In this document: positions 41,345-53,444 of the stretch, one piece after another | Layout of the letters: each line of letters begins with the position of its first letter | Numbering within the stretch: the stretch's first letter is position 1 | NCBI GenBank assembly: GCA_965224085.1 | Contig: CBDCYI010000004.1 | Span: 864,001-928,000 of the forward strand | Reading direction: 5' to 3' | Origin: Candidatus Marinacidobacterales bacterium | GTDB lineage: Bacteria > Acidobacteriota > Vicinamibacteria > Marinacidobacterales > SMYC01 | Length of the DNA: 64,000 nt | The notes under the pieces: model-generated | What the model was told of the DNA's origin: nothing | Database searches by the model: none | The model's input: the letters and a program-made list of their open reading frames with translations, nothing else | Translations under genes and position numbers: made by a program

Positions 41345-42511
41345 GTTCAAAGGATAGCATTCGATGCTAGGTTAGTCAAGTCTATTATTGCCTTAATCTG
41401 AGTCTGAGTGAGCAAGCCCCGGTCACCAACCAGCACCACCTGTTGAAGCTCAAAACGCTCACGAAGCTTTTGTACTTGATCCGGCAGTGTCGTCGGATCC
41501 CCTGTGTTCCCCGGGTAGACCTCCACGGCCACGGGACGTCCTTCGTGGTCCGTTAACACTCCATAGACAACGATGGGTTTGCCCTTTTTACCATCTCGGC
41601 CGTAGCCGAAAAGAGCCAGTGGACAGGTGCGTCCTTCATAGTAGCTACTGCTCACATCGTAAAGCACCTGTGCACCCTCGGAAAGGTGTCGACTCGCCAG
41701 CTTCTTTTCGATCCGAGACTGGCGCTGGATCAACCAATCCATTGCCGCATAGAGATCATCTTCGTCCGCATCGACCACGCCGAGCTCTTGCGCCAGCGTT
41801 GTCGTGTGCCACAGTCGTGTCGTGCCCAACTTCGAGCTGGGATGAATGAGTTGCTCGGCAATCATGGCGATAACCAGATCGCGTTCGCGACATCGTTTCG
41901 ACGCGATGAGTCTATCGAGTTCCAGTTGGTGGATGGTGCCGAGCACTGCCTCGACATGGCCGTGGGGCAGTGTCCGCTGCACGACGAACACATCCGACGG
42001 AGCCATCAAGGGCTCGTCTCTCAGTAAGCGTCGCAGGGCTTCGACCTTGGCCTTGGGCCACTCCGTCAGATTGGCGATGGTGCGTTTTCGGATGCGCTTT
42101 CCCTCTCGCCAACCCTCGCGCAACAAGATGGCTGGCCGGGAGTTCCGGTTGGGAACGATGTCGACATACATGGCAACAATAATACACATAAAAAGCTTAA
42201 TATCAATATAAAACAGATCAATACATGGGAAAACTTGTGGGGCCACATTTTCTCGTTTCCCACTTAGAATCAATGAATTACACCCCGTTCTAGGTGTTTC
42301 TGTTAGGGGAACTTCTGGTTAGAGGGCGTTTCTGCGCCTGCCCGGAGCTCGGTGTCGTTCGCCCAAGCATAAACCGATCCTGCATCAGCGCCTTTCTGAG
42401 GGTCGGCTTGACCCGCTCCGCTCCTGCAGAACACGTAGTCGATCATGACGGTTCGGGCACGCGGTAGGGGTCAGCGACCCGCCGTCTGGCTCTACCACCG
42501 ATTCTGCGTGA

Positions 42512-42977
<466 letters not shown>

Positions 42978-43024
42978 GGTTCGTGTTGCCTTCGCGTCGA
43001 GGCCTGAGTCGTAGAGCACGTGGT

Positions 43025-44050
43025 TCAGGTCTTGATGGCCACACATGTTAGAAAGTCGCCAAGCTCTTTTTCGACGAGCAACTGACGGAAGCGGGCATCT
43101 GCGTGCCACCATTCGCGAAGCGTCGCATGCAGCGGGTCTGCGCTCCTGTCCCAGGTGACGTCCGTCTCCATCCGCTCGATTCGCCATCCCAAGGCCGCGA
43201 GCTCCCGGCGCACGCTATCGGCGCTGACTCGATCGATGCCGTGGTGCGAACCATCGAAATAGCCCTCCCACTCTTGGCCGAAGACTCGATGACACAAGCT
43301 ATCTGCGTTCGTCGTGTTCAAGAGCAGTACGCCTCCGGACGCCGCCACCTCCGAAAGTTTCGCGAGAACCCGGAACGTATCTCGAAAGTGCTCGAACACC
43401 GCCCAGAGGATAAAGGTACGAAAGGGACCTTTGGCGACGAGCTCGGCCGGCAACGGGTCGAGCTCCGCGTCGCAGCGAAACGCGCGACCAGGACCGAGCG
43501 TCTCGCTCGCCCGCGCCACCGCCCACTCCGAAATGTCGACGCCATAACCGTCGATGCCCCTTGCCCCGAGAGCCTCGAGAAAGCCACCGGTGGTCCGTGC
43601 GCGTACGGCTTCCGTCGAAATAAAAACAACCGCCGGAACATCGAACGTCTCCAAGATGGGCTTGCCGAGCGTCGAGACACTGCGGTAGCCATCGTCGAAA
43701 GTTACGAGGACCGCGCGGTCCGGAAGGTGCTTTCGCCTCTCGAGAGCATCGAGCCAGAGACCGAGCCCGATGGGATGGGCGTGTTTCGCGAGCACAGAAC
43801 AGTGCTCACGAAGCTCGTCCTCGCTGACGTGCAATGGCCCGAACGGAATATCGGAGGCAGCGGTGCTCCGATCGCGCACGCCGTGATAGCAAAGAACGGC
43901 GACGCCCGGAAAGCGGTCCGCAGACAGATGTCGCCCATAGTGACCGGCGCGCGCCATCGCGCGCTTCGCCAAAGCCGCAAGCCAAAGGGGTCGCCTTTGC
44001 AAAGTATAGTTTTCCAGCGACGCCTTTGGGGCGGCGCGATAGTAGCGGAC
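43025..44050 (-). pseudogene. Deletion fusion of polysaccharide deacetylase N-part and class I SAM methyltransferase C-part
   Basis: VLCYHGV, VLVTFDDGY, AVVFIST joined near 43590 to GGFLEAL..GVDIS..WAVFEH..TTN. Confidence 0.75.
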
Positions 44051-44253
44051 GTGAGTTAGCCCTAATCGCAAAATCTTCGAAGCACGAAAACGCGAAACAG
44101 CCGCACTGGGCGCAGGCAAGAAGCTCATGCTGGGGCACCCGCTCGCCGCCACGATAGGTGATTCTGCACGGTGTATGCAGAACCTGGAAAAGGTGCTATT
44201 CACGGGGCCAAAGACCTCAGACACGGTGACGTTTATTTGCGATTAGGGTTAGT

Positions 44254-45941
44254 TAGTTCCTGTCCAGAAACACCATAACTTGTGGTGTACGAGAGGCCTA
44301 TCGAAGATGTGGGTATTATACGTTTTCAGCCGGCACCTCGTAGGCTCGGAAGCGAATGAAAATCTTGGACGAAACGAGAGGCGAATCGTCAGCAATCCAT
44401 GGCTATAAACGCAGTAAGAGCAATCATTATTATCGTAATAGGTGCCTTGCCATTACCAACAGGTTGCAGGTGATGATGGAACTCCATACGTAGGATTTGA
44501 AAGAAGGCAATGAGCGCCATGTGCATCGGTCGAGACCAAAGACTCGTTTCAAGAACGAAATGACGCCTTCGATTCCGCAGCGAAATCGCCGTAGGCGTTG
44601 ATAGACCCAGGAACTCTTGACCATATCGGTCACCGCGAAGTGAGCCTTGGTAAAGGCAACATCTTCAACTCCCTTGCCTTTGATGGCTTCCAAGTTTGCC
44701 TTTGAAGAAAACGCGCCATCGTAGGCAACCTGGCGCGGGGCCCGTTCGTAGAGTTCGACTTGACGGTCGATCATGGTTTCCGCGAGAGTTGAATCGGACG
44801 GATTCCCATCCAAGATCACGCAATCCAAAATCATCGAGGACGAGCCACCAGTCAAACACACCTTGTGACCGTAGAGAGTCTCGCGCCGGTCTTTGCGAAT
44901 AATGTCGGTGTGTTCTTCGAAGATCGAAACGACCTTTTCCTCCGCAGGCACACGCTCTTCATCAATCACTCTACGCCGAGTTTGGTTGATGACTTTTTCG
45001 GTGAGGACGAGAAAGTGCTTAAAATCCGCGGCGATCTTCTCCGCACTCGCTCGCTTCACCGGCTCGGTCAAGCCGGACTCGTCCAACTGGTCTGCAACGC
45101 GTTGAGCGGAGCGATAGGTTTCTTCCGACACCTTCAGTAGATCTCGATAGACGCGACGCCTTTGTTCCTTATCCTTCGCGTTTAGAACTCCCAGTCGACG
45201 TCTCTTCGCTCGACGCGTTCGATTGCCGAAGACCACTACTGTACCCAGCAGTTCGCGAGTTCGGCACATGAGGCGAGTGAGAACTCGGACGCAGTCATAA
45301 AGAAGCTCGGAGTCCGTAGGAGAATGAATATTCGACTCCACTACCGTGCAGTCCACTCGTACTTTTCTTCCTTTTTCGATCGCGGTCTTCTCGGCAACAC
45401 TCACCAACTCTCGGTTGATTTTCTCCAGCGTTTCGAACTTCACGGCTTTGATGTTTGCTGCTAGGGTCGACTTCGACGGGCTCGGCTCTATGATGCCGAG
45501 CTGGCAAAACGTCCGATAGCTTCGAGAGTCTGCCAAGTGAAACGCCAGCTCCCGATAGGTGAACTGATTCAGCTGCTTGACCAACAACGCCCGGAGAACC
45601 TGCTCCGCGCTCATTCCCCCACGACCAACATCGCTCCCTGCCGATGGGGTGACCGACCTCAGGTCTTGCAGTACCAGCTCATTGAGCTTAGGATGGGCAT
45701 CGAGCAGCGATGATATCGTTTCGAGCTCGCGTGCGTGCTCCAGCTCCAGCCAGGGCTCGCGAAGGCTTGGTTGTGGGTTGATCGTTTTTCGCATTTAGGG
45801 CTGGTCTCCTTTGGAGTTAAGTCGTTTAGAATCTGCGTTTTTGTCGACTCGATACTAAACGACACTCCCTCAGAAGGCTAGCCCTAAATTTGCGATTACC
45901 CCTTTTTTCTCAACCTCTTACACCTGTCAGGACGGGTACTA
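44254..45941 (-). mobile_element. ISNCY/IS5-like element
   Basis: IRs tagttcctgtccagaaa / tgtcaggacgggtacta. Confidence 0.8.
44430..45794 (-). CDS. ISNCY-family DDE transposase
   Basis: RVDCTVVE, KVVSIFEEH, YGHK, AYDGAF, FRCGIEG.IS.LKR. Confidence 0.9.
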   Translation of the reverse strand: MRKTINPQPSLREPWLELEHARELETISSLLDAHPKLNELVLQDLRSVTPSAGSDVGRGGMSAEQVLRALLVKQLNQFTYRELAFHLADSRSYRTFCQLGIIEPSPSKSTLAANIKAVKFETLEKINRELVSVAEKTAIEKGRKVRVDCTVVESNIHSPTDSELLYDCVRVLTRLMCRTRELLGTVVVFGNRTRRAKRRRLGVLNAKDKEQRRRVYRDLLKVSEETYRSAQRVADQLDESGLTEPVKRASAEKIAADFKHFLVLTEKVINQTRRRVIDEERVPAEEKVVSIFEEHTDIIRKDRRETLYGHKVCLTGGSSSMILDCVILDGNPSDSTLAETMIDRQVELYERAPRQVAYDGAFSSKANLEAIKGKGVEDVAFTKAHFAVTDMVKSSWVYQRLRRFRCGIEGVISFLKRVFGLDRCTWRSLPSFKSYVWSSIITCNLLVMARHLLR

Positions 45942-46115
45942 GTTAATGGCTCCATGATACCAGGTCTCTTCCCAGATGCGAGACGGCGCGTCGTCTGGAT
46001 CAACTTCATTTTGCCCAATCAGTAACCGCGCGCTCCACCATGGGTGCGCGGCGTCGTTTGAAGCGGAGCGCCCGTGCCGCTACCATCGGGCTGCGAGGAC
46101 TCTTGGAGGACGACC

Positions 46116-47678
46116 ATGCGAAGGATCACCCCTCAAACGGCCAGCGTTCTATTCACGGTGAGCGCAACCATATGTCTGGGAGCTGCGGCTACCGCACACG
46201 CTGCCTTTCGCGTCGACGAAGCCACGATCGCCGAGATTCACGCCGCGATGAAGTCCGGAGAGCTAACCGCGCGTGGCCTCGTCGAGGTCTATCTCGAGCG
46301 CATCGCAGCCTACGATCAGAGCGGCCCAGCGATCAACGCGGTCATCCTCGTCAACCCTAACGCCATCGCTCGTGCCGAAGCGCTGGACGAGTTGTTTAGT
46401 CACTCCGGCTTGTCTGGGAGGCTCCACGGCATCCCTGTTCTGCTCAAGGACAACGTCGAGACGGGAGATATGCCGACCACGGGAGGCTCGCTCGCCCTCG
46501 AAGGCTATCGCCCCAAGGCGGACGCCTTTCTCGCGCGCAAACTCCGGGAAGCGGGTGCGGTCATCATTGCCAAAGTGAACCTGACCGAGTTTGCCGCCTC
46601 AGGAATCACGCGAAGCTCGCTTCAAGGACAAACGCTCAACCCGTATGATCTCACGCGAACACCGGGAGGCTCCAGCGGAGGTACCGGTGCCGCGGTGGCC
46701 GCGAACTTTGGCGTCGCAGGTATCGGCACCGACACCGTCAACTCCATCCGCTCCCCCTCTTCCGCAAACAACCTCGTCGGCATCCGACCAACGCGCGGGC
46801 TCGTGAGCCGCGCCGGCATCATTCCTTTCGCCCTCACTCAAGATATGGCGGGGCCGATCGCCCGTACGGTCGAAGATGCCGCGAGGGTCCTCGACGCCGT
46901 TGCCGGTTACGACCCTGACGACCCCACGACGGCGTGGAGCGTCGGGCGTATGGAGAGCTACGCACAAGCTGTCGGCACCGCTGGTTTGAAAGGAGCACGG
47001 CTCGGAGTTCTTCGCTCTTTTTTCGGCCGCGACGATATTCATCGAGACATCACTCGCGTCACGAACGAGGCGCTCGAAGCCATGCGGCGGCTCGGCGCCG
47101 AGACGGTCGAGCTCGACGTCGACCTCGATGCCGACCAGCTCATCTCCGAAGTGTCGGTCTCGGGTTACGAGCTCGACGCCCACCTGAGCGCCTATTTGAG
47201 CGCGAGCGGAACGCCTGTCCGCTCGCTGAGCGATGTCCTCGCCTCCGGTAAGTACGAGCCGATGCTCGAGGGCCTCTACCAGCGCGCGCTCACCCGAAGC
47301 GTCGACGAGCCCGCATACCAGCAGCGGCGGCGCGCGGGCCTGACACTTCGCGACCACGTTATGAAACTGATGGCTGATCATCGGCTTGACGCCCTAGTCT
47401 ACCCACACCAAAAAAGACTCGTCGTGCCCATCGGCGAGGACCAGGTCGACCGCAACGGCGTGCTCGGAGCGATCACGGGTTTTCCCGCGATAACGGTTCC
47501 CGGGGGCTTCTCGCCGAAGACCGCGAGCGCCCCACTCGGCGTACCGATCGGCGTAGAGTTTCTAGGACGACCGTTCAGCGAGCCGATCTTGATCCGCCTT
47601 GCCTCAGCGTTCGAGCACGAAACAAGGCACCGCCGCGCGCCGGCGAGCACACCGCCGCTCGCGCAGCAAGAACCGTAG
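46116..47678 (+). CDS. Amidase-signature family protein, exported
   Basis: GIPVLLKDN, GGSSGG, GTDTVNSIR.PS. Confidence 0.92.
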   Translation: MRRITPQTASVLFTVSATICLGAAATAHAAFRVDEATIAEIHAAMKSGELTARGLVEVYLERIAAYDQSGPAINAVILVNPNAIARAEALDELFSHSGLSGRLHGIPVLLKDNVETGDMPTTGGSLALEGYRPKADAFLARKLREAGAVIIAKVNLTEFAASGITRSSLQGQTLNPYDLTRTPGGSSGGTGAAVAANFGVAGIGTDTVNSIRSPSSANNLVGIRPTRGLVSRAGIIPFALTQDMAGPIARTVEDAARVLDAVAGYDPDDPTTAWSVGRMESYAQAVGTAGLKGARLGVLRSFFGRDDIHRDITRVTNEALEAMRRLGAETVELDVDLDADQLISEVSVSGYELDAHLSAYLSASGTPVRSLSDVLASGKYEPMLEGLYQRALTRSVDEPAYQQRRRAGLTLRDHVMKLMADHRLDALVYPHQKRLVVPIGEDQVDRNGVLGAITGFPAITVPGGFSPKTASAPLGVPIGVEFLGRPFSEPILIRLASAFEHETRHRRAPASTPPLAQQEP

Positions 47679-47701
47679 GGCGTTCACCCTCCTGCACGCG
47701 C

Positions 47702-48454
47702 TTACGGCATGAAGCGTCCGCCGTTCACATGCACGGTCTGGCCGGTGATATAGACGTCCCGCGGATCGCTGAACGCAAGCACGACGCGGGCGACATCCTC
47801 GCTCGTACCCACGGGGCGGCCGCGTTCGAGCTCCCCGAGATGCGGGTTCGATTGGCCGGGCCGCCGCTCGGTATCGATCAGCCCCGGCACGACGGCATTC
47901 GCCCGGATGCGACCGAGCCCCTCCTCCGCCAAGGCTCGGGTGAGACCCATCAACCCGCTCTTGGCAGCAATCACGTGCGCCCGGTCCTTTTGGGGGCGAT
48001 GGGAACTCAGACCTCCGACATTGATGATGGCGCCTTGCCGCGACACGGGAAGCCTCCGGAAGAGCTCCCGCGAAGTGAGAAAAGCGCCGGTAAGTACGGT
48101 GGCGATCACTGCGTTCCAAGACGCGAGGCTGAGCTCGGTGAAGGACTCATGGGGCCTCGTCGCGGCACCGTTCACGAGCACCGAAGGCGGCCCGAAACGG
48201 TCTGCAATACGCTCGTAGAGCTCGACGACCGCGCCTTCATCAGCCACGTCGAGCAACGTGCTCATCGCGTCGACGCCGCTTGGATCCAGACGGTCGAGCG
48301 CTGCTTCGAGCTGCTCTGAATCGGCGCGCGCGACGATGCAAACGCGGGCGCCGGCGCTTCGAAACGCTTCCGCGATCGCGAGCCCGATGTTGCGGCTGCC
48401 TCCGGTGACAAGCGCCACCTGACCACTGAGGTCGACGTCGACGTCGAAGCCCAC
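47702..48454 (-). CDS. SDR family oxidoreductase
   Basis: TGGSRNIG, NAVVPG, YITGQ...VNGG; catalytic Y replaced (HVIAAK). Confidence 0.85.
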   Translation of the reverse strand: MGFDVDVDLSGQVALVTGGSRNIGLAIAEAFRSAGARVCIVARADSEQLEAALDRLDPSGVDAMSTLLDVADEGAVVELYERIADRFGPPSVLVNGAATRPHESFTELSLASWNAVIATVLTGAFLTSRELFRRLPVSRQGAIINVGGLSSHRPQKDRAHVIAAKSGLMGLTRALAEEGLGRIRANAVVPGLIDTERRPGQSNPHLGELERGRPVGTSEDVARVVLAFSDPRDVYITGQTVHVNGGRFMP

Positions 48455-48455
48455 T

Positions 48456-49901
48456 CTATTCCCTCCGCCCTGCGAGCAGACTCGTCAGCTCGCCGACGGA
48501 GGCGAGCTCTTCGAGACGCTTCACGGCGTCGATGACCGGCTCGATCCGATCGGCTCGAAACCCAGCAAAGCCCGCGCACTCTCGAAACTTTTCGGCGACC
48601 TCGTCGTAGCTCATCGGGTTCGATGGGCTGCCCTTGCCGAAGTCGGCACTTCCTGTGATGTGACGACCGTCCGCGAGATGGATATCGAGGATCGTGGTCA
48701 TCTTGTCGTAGCCGGCGTCTTCAGCTGCCGGATGGACGCCAAAGTGTATCTTTCGAATCATGTCCTGCACGTCGCCGCGATGGACGACCTCGTCGACGAA
48801 CTCTCTCAGACCGCCTCGGCGCTCGAGCAGCAAGATCGCCATACAAAACTCCATCGAGAACTTTGCTTGGAGCTCGGTCTCAGGCCGGTGGTGGATGAGC
48901 GCGTTAGGCATGTTGTGATTGGTACCTACGTCAACATGCTCGACGTTCGCTGGATCGATGTCGTGCTCGACAATGAGCTCGAGCAGCTTCGTCATCCCCG
49001 GATGCGTGAGAGAGCCTGAAGGATGCGGTTTGATGGAAATGCCGGGATCCATAAAGGTCCATGGGGTTCCGAGCTTCCCTTCCATCGCCTCGAGCGCGTA
49101 GCCCCCCCCATGCGCCTGAAAAAATCCGCGCGGCGATTCGAGGATGCGATCGGTCGCTGTCCATCCGCTCCGCGCGAGATCGGCAGCGAGCACGCCGGAC
49201 TCCGCTGCGCGGCCCGCGTGAAACGGCTTGGTCATAGTGCCGAAATTCTCCCGCAAGCCCGCCGATTGACTCGCTGCGATGGCCATCGCGTGTAAGCTCG
49301 GCTCGAGCGCGAGCCCGTAGAGCTTGGACGCGGCAGCGGCCGCGGCGAGCGTGCCGCATGTCGCCGTGGAGTGGAACCCGTGCTGATAGTGGCGCGGCGA
49401 CATCGCTTCGGAGATTTTGGTCTCCACTTCCACTCCGAGATGGTATGCCAGCACGAGGTCGCGTCCTGACCGATCGGCTGCCTCCGCGATGGCGAGCGCC
49501 GCGGGCAGGCAAGGCGCGGTAGGATGAGTCAACAGACCATAGACCCGATCGGCGCCGACCGCGAGCTGTGTGTCGTCGTAGTCGTCCGCGTGCATGCCAA
49601 TGCCGTTCGCGAAGGCCGCGAATCGAGGCGACACTTTGAGCGCGGAACCGATAACCGTTGCGTCGCCCACAATGTCTTGCGAGCTCAAATAGTCCTGAAC
49701 GAGGCGTCCGCTTGAAGCGACAGAGCCGGAAAGCGCGAGCCCGAGGCCGTCGAGGATGGATTTTCGGCCGAGTTCAATGAGCTCCTCAGGCAAGTCCTTG
49801 AATTCCGTCCCCGTAATGAACCCGCACACTTCTCTCGTGAGGCCCTCTCCGCGCCGCGAGTTTATGTCGGGGGTAAAATGCTCGATTTTCGATGACATCA
49901 C
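48456..49901 (-). CDS. MmgE/PrpD family protein
   Basis: HADDYDD, HP, GFHST, NFGTMTKPFHAG, AKFS, GSPSNP. Confidence 0.9.
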   Translation of the reverse strand: MMSSKIEHFTPDINSRRGEGLTREVCGFITGTEFKDLPEELIELGRKSILDGLGLALSGSVASSGRLVQDYLSSQDIVGDATVIGSALKVSPRFAAFANGIGMHADDYDDTQLAVGADRVYGLLTHPTAPCLPAALAIAEAADRSGRDLVLAYHLGVEVETKISEAMSPRHYQHGFHSTATCGTLAAAAAASKLYGLALEPSLHAMAIAASQSAGLRENFGTMTKPFHAGRAAESGVLAADLARSGWTATDRILESPRGFFQAHGGGYALEAMEGKLGTPWTFMDPGISIKPHPSGSLTHPGMTKLLELIVEHDIDPANVEHVDVGTNHNMPNALIHHRPETELQAKFSMEFCMAILLLERRGGLREFVDEVVHRGDVQDMIRKIHFGVHPAAEDAGYDKMTTILDIHLADGRHITGSADFGKGSPSNPMSYDEVAEKFRECAGFAGFRADRIEPVIDAVKRLEELASVGELTSLLAGRRE

Positions 49902-49918
49902 TACCTCTTCTAGAATGC

Positions 49919-51409
49919 TCAGTGCGACTGAGCATTAGTCACCAGCGCACGAATGGGACGAAACAGAATACTGCCTGCCGCAAGGAGGAACAAAGCGAGC
50001 GCCACCGGGCGCGACAAAAAACCTGTCAAATCCTGGTCGAAAAGGATCATCGATTGCGCGAGCGACGTCTCCACCAAACGCCCGAGAACGAGCCCCATGA
50101 TGATGGGCGCCGCGCCGAAGCCGAAGCGTTTGAGTGCAAAGCCCAGCAGTCCCGCCGCGAGCATGATCCAAACATCGACCATAGACTGCTCGACACCGTA
50201 AGCCCCCACAACACACAGCACGAACACGGCCGGCCAGAGAAGCGTCTTCGGCACGAGACTGATTCGGGCGAAGAGCTTCGCTCCCCCGAGCCCGATGACG
50301 AGAAAGAGCACGTTAGCGAGCAGCATGGAGATGAAGATCCCGTAGAGAAGGCTCGGTTGCTCCTCGAAAAGATAGGGGCCCGGGCGCAAACCGTGGACTT
50401 GAAGACCGCCCATGATCACGGCCGCCGTCGCGCTCCCTGGAATGCCGAGCGCAAGCGTCGGCACCATGGCGCCTCCCGTTGCTGCGTTGTTGGCGGCCTC
50501 CGGGCCAGCGATTCCTTCGAGAGCGCCCGTTCCGAAAGCCTCAGGCTCCTTCGACCACCGCTTCGCCTCGTTGTAGCCGATCATTGCGGCCATGGTGCTG
50601 CCTTCCGCGGGCAACACACCGACGAACGTTCCGATGAAGCTCGAGCGCAGAATCGTCCCTCTGACCTTACGAAAATCTTCGAGGGACGGAAGGCGCGTCG
50701 CAGAGACGCCGACGCTTTCGACGCTTTCGACGCTCGCGCCAAGGTCTTGCGCTTGGCTCAGCGCTTCGGTAACTGCGAACAAGCCAATGAGCACGGGAAC
50801 GAAGTGGATCCCGTCGTAAAGATCCGGAACCCCGAAGACGAAGCGCTCGACGCCGGTGGTCAAGTCGACCCCCACGGTCGCGATCAGCAAGCCCAGGCAT
50901 CCGCCGATAAGATTCTTGAGCGGAGCCTCGCCACCGATCGACGAGAGCATCGAGAGTCCAAACACCGCGAGCGCGAAATACTCCGGCGGTCCGAAACCAT
51001 ACGCCATGCGGGCGAGAAGGGGTGCGGCAAAGAGCAAGACCAGCACACTAAAAATTCCCCCAACCGCGGACGCGAGCGCCGCCATCCCGAGCGCTCTCCC
51101 CGCTTCTCCTCGGCGCGCCATCGGATATCCATCGAACGCTGTCGCCGCGGCCGGTGGTGCACCCGGGGCGTTGATCAAGATCGCCGTAATCGATCCACCG
51201 AACGTCCCCGCGCAATACAAAGCAGAGAGAAGTGCTATCGCGGGGACGGGCTCCAGATAGAGCGAGAACGGCAGAAGAAGCGCGACAGCCATCGAGGACG
51301 AGAGCCCGGGAAGCGCACCGACGAGAACACCGCCGATCGTTCCGAAAACGATGAGACCGAGGACGACAGGGTCCCTCACCAGCGCGAACGTGAGTCCTAG
51401 ATCCGGCAC
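49919..51409 (-). CDS. tctA: Tripartite tricarboxylate transporter permease
   Basis: [39 protein letters not shown]. Confidence 0.92.
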   Translation of the reverse strand: MPDLGLTFALVRDPVVLGLIVFGTIGGVLVGALPGLSSSMAVALLLPFSLYLEPVPAIALLSALYCAGTFGGSITAILINAPGAPPAAATAFDGYPMARRGEAGRALGMAALASAVGGIFSVLVLLFAAPLLARMAYGFGPPEYFALAVFGLSMLSSIGGEAPLKNLIGGCLGLLIATVGVDLTTGVERFVFGVPDLYDGIHFVPVLIGLFAVTEALSQAQDLGASVESVESVGVSATRLPSLEDFRKVRGTILRSSFIGTFVGVLPAEGSTMAAMIGYNEAKRWSKEPEAFGTGALEGIAGPEAANNAATGGAMVPTLALGIPGSATAAVIMGGLQVHGLRPGPYLFEEQPSLLYGIFISMLLANVLFLVIGLGGAKLFARISLVPKTLLWPAVFVLCVVGAYGVEQSMVDVWIMLAAGLLGFALKRFGFGAAPIIMGLVLGRLVETSLAQSMILFDQDLTGFLSRPVALALFLLAAGSILFRPIRALVTNAQSH

Positions 51410-51414
51410 TCCCT

Positions 51415-51861
51415 CTACCAGACAACGCCGCTCGGAAAGCGCATACCGAGCGCGAGAACGAAGACAACATAGACGGCCAGAGGAAGACCCAACGCGAGAC
51501 CCGCGATCCGAAAGGCGTTGCGCTCGCCCCAATAGAGCGACAGACCCATCGACACGAGAAACACCGTCGCCAGCATGCCCAAATACGGCACGAGCGCCAC
51601 GGCGATCGTAAAGATGCCGGCGGTCAAGTAGACGGGCCGCTCGAGCGGGGCCGCCGGTTCGTCGCGCTTGTTCCTCGACACGGCGACGAGCGCCAGGCTC
51701 AAGAGCGCGAGGGCTACCAGAACAACGCGCGGAAAGAAAGTCGGCGGCACGTTCTGGGAGAGCATCGCCGGCACGTCGCGAAACGTCGTTGTGTTGTAGA
51801 ACGCGGCGCCGCAGAATAGGAGAAGCGCGGCTCCGGCTCCGACGTCTCGAGAAAGCTGCAC
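51415..51861 (-). CDS. tctB: Tripartite tricarboxylate transporter small membrane subunit
   Basis: Four TM segments, PTFFP, between tctA and tctC. Confidence 0.85.
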   Translation of the reverse strand: MQLSRDVGAGAALLLFCGAAFYNTTTFRDVPAMLSQNVPPTFFPRVVLVALALLSLALVAVSRNKRDEPAAPLERPVYLTAGIFTIAVALVPYLGMLATVFLVSMGLSLYWGERNAFRIAGLALGLPLAVYVVFVLALGMRFPSGVVW

Positions 51862-51862
51862 G

Positions 51863-52834
51863 TCAGTTCTTAACGATACCGAGCTCACGCATCGCATGAC
51901 GCGCTTGCTCATACATTTGTGTAATCTGGGCATTCCAATCCGACGCTCCCGCCATCGAGCTCTGATCGAGCCCCGCGCCCGCTAAATAGCTCTGATACGT
52001 GGGATGCGAAAGGCCCTCGAGCAAAGCTTGTTCAAGAACGCGAATCCGATCTTTTGGCGTCCCCTTCAAAACGACGTAGCCGCGCACGGTGGAGTACTGG
52101 ACGTCGTAGCCGAGCTCGACTGTCGTCGGGACTTCGGCGATCGCTTCCATGCGCTTGGACGCCATGACGGCGAGCGCTCGAAAATCGCCCCGGCGAATCT
52201 GGTCGAGACCTTCCGTGAGATTCAAACCCGCGGCGTCGATGTTGCCGCCCATCAAGTTCGTAACGATCTCGCCGCCGCCGCCGAACGGAACGACGCTGAG
52301 CTCGGTATCGGCACTTTCAGCGAGCATGGCCCCTGCCACGTGATCGACGCTTCCGATCTGCGTCGCTCCCCACTTGACGGGACGCTGCCGGCCGAGCAGG
52401 AACAAATCGTCGAGCGTCTCGACGGCGCTGTCGGCACGCACCATTACAACTATCGGGTCGTCCGCCGCGCGCGCGATCCCGACGAGATCGTCAATGCTCA
52501 GCTTCGCCTGGCCGCGCGCGAGCGCAAAAAGATGTGTAGGGGTGATGCCCATCAATGTATAACCGTCCCGCGGCTGAGTGCTCACGTAGCTCATCGCCAC
52601 GAGCCCGCCGCCCCCGACCTTGGGCACGACTGCCATCCCCACCCCGAGCGCCTCGCGCGCGCCGACCAGCATGGCGCGTGCGGTCGCGTCCGTGCCGCCG
52701 CCGGGGGACGCGTGGGTGACGATGTCTATGGGTTTCGACGGAAAAGTCCCCTCGACCGTCTCGCAGCCAACCGTCGCGACGGCAACGATGCTAATCATGG
52801 AGACGCTCTGGGAAACGGCTCGGATATCGAACAC
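51863..52834 (-). CDS. tctC: Tripartite tricarboxylate transporter substrate-binding protein
   Basis: FPSKPI, PGGGTD, DGYTL, VPFGGGGE, VPT..ELG. Confidence 0.9.
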   Translation of the reverse strand: MFDIRAVSQSVSMISIVAVATVGCETVEGTFPSKPIDIVTHASPGGGTDATARAMLVGAREALGVGMAVVPKVGGGGLVAMSYVSTQPRDGYTLMGITPTHLFALARGQAKLSIDDLVGIARAADDPIVVMVRADSAVETLDDLFLLGRQRPVKWGATQIGSVDHVAGAMLAESADTELSVVPFGGGGEIVTNLMGGNIDAAGLNLTEGLDQIRRGDFRALAVMASKRMEAIAEVPTTVELGYDVQYSTVRGYVVLKGTPKDRIRVLEQALLEGLSHPTYQSYLAGAGLDQSSMAGASDWNAQITQMYEQARHAMRELGIVKN

Positions 52835-53306
52835 AGATAGCTCCTGGCGCGAAAGAGTACCACGCGCTCTGGTCAGTTCTGCGATGCTGGCGCTGTGCTC
52901 ATTTGACGCACAAGCTCCAAAAAGTGACGTTCCTTCGGCGTTGTTTGGCTTCGTTTTGGGAGCCGAGCACGGGCCGACTCAGTTGGCAGGCTGTCCCACC
53001 GCGGAGGTCTTGTCCGCGCGATTGCTGGCATAGAGGTGACCGATTTGCAATCCAGGAAGCCAGGTAAAATCTAGGATTTGGGGACATCGGCTCGAAGCGA
53101 GATTCTACGCGTGCAGGGTCGTGAGACCGGACTCGAGCTCGAACAGCTCCTATCCGAGTCGCTTCCTATCACATCGTTGGCGCCGCAAGCCCATCCCAGG
53201 GCCTCGCGCATCTGCGTCACCCTCCTCAGAATGTGCCCTCGTACTGCTCGATTCCTCGACGTCGGCCGGCTGTGGAGCTCCGTCCTGACGCGATACTAGT
53301 CTCTCG

Positions 53307-53444
53307 ATGTCCTATGACGCGATCGTCGTCGGATCCGGAATCACTGGCGGCTTCGCCGCGAAGGAACTCACCGAGCGAGGCCTCGAGACCCTCGTCCTCG
53401 AAGCGTGGCGCTCGATAGCACCCGAGCACGACTACGATTCCTGA
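53307..53444 (+). pseudogene. GMC oxidoreductase N-terminal remnant
   Basis: [30 protein letters not shown] then stop. Confidence 0.75.

Larger units (their letters stand above)
38655..41392 (-). mobile_element. IS1595-family passenger-carrying element (2738 bp)
   Basis: Perfect 27-bp IR ggcaataatagacttgactaacctagc at both ends; 8-bp TSD ttaatctg (38647-38654, 41393-41400). Confidence 0.95.
37639..42322 (-). mobile_element. IS1634-family element, transposase split by an IS1595 insertion
   Basis: IRs ttagccggaagttccc / gggaacttctggttag; N-part 41393-42171 (YDVSS.Y, PGNTGD, VGDRG), C-part 37698-38654 (VEQAFR.LK, RVRAHIFLC). Confidence 0.9.
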
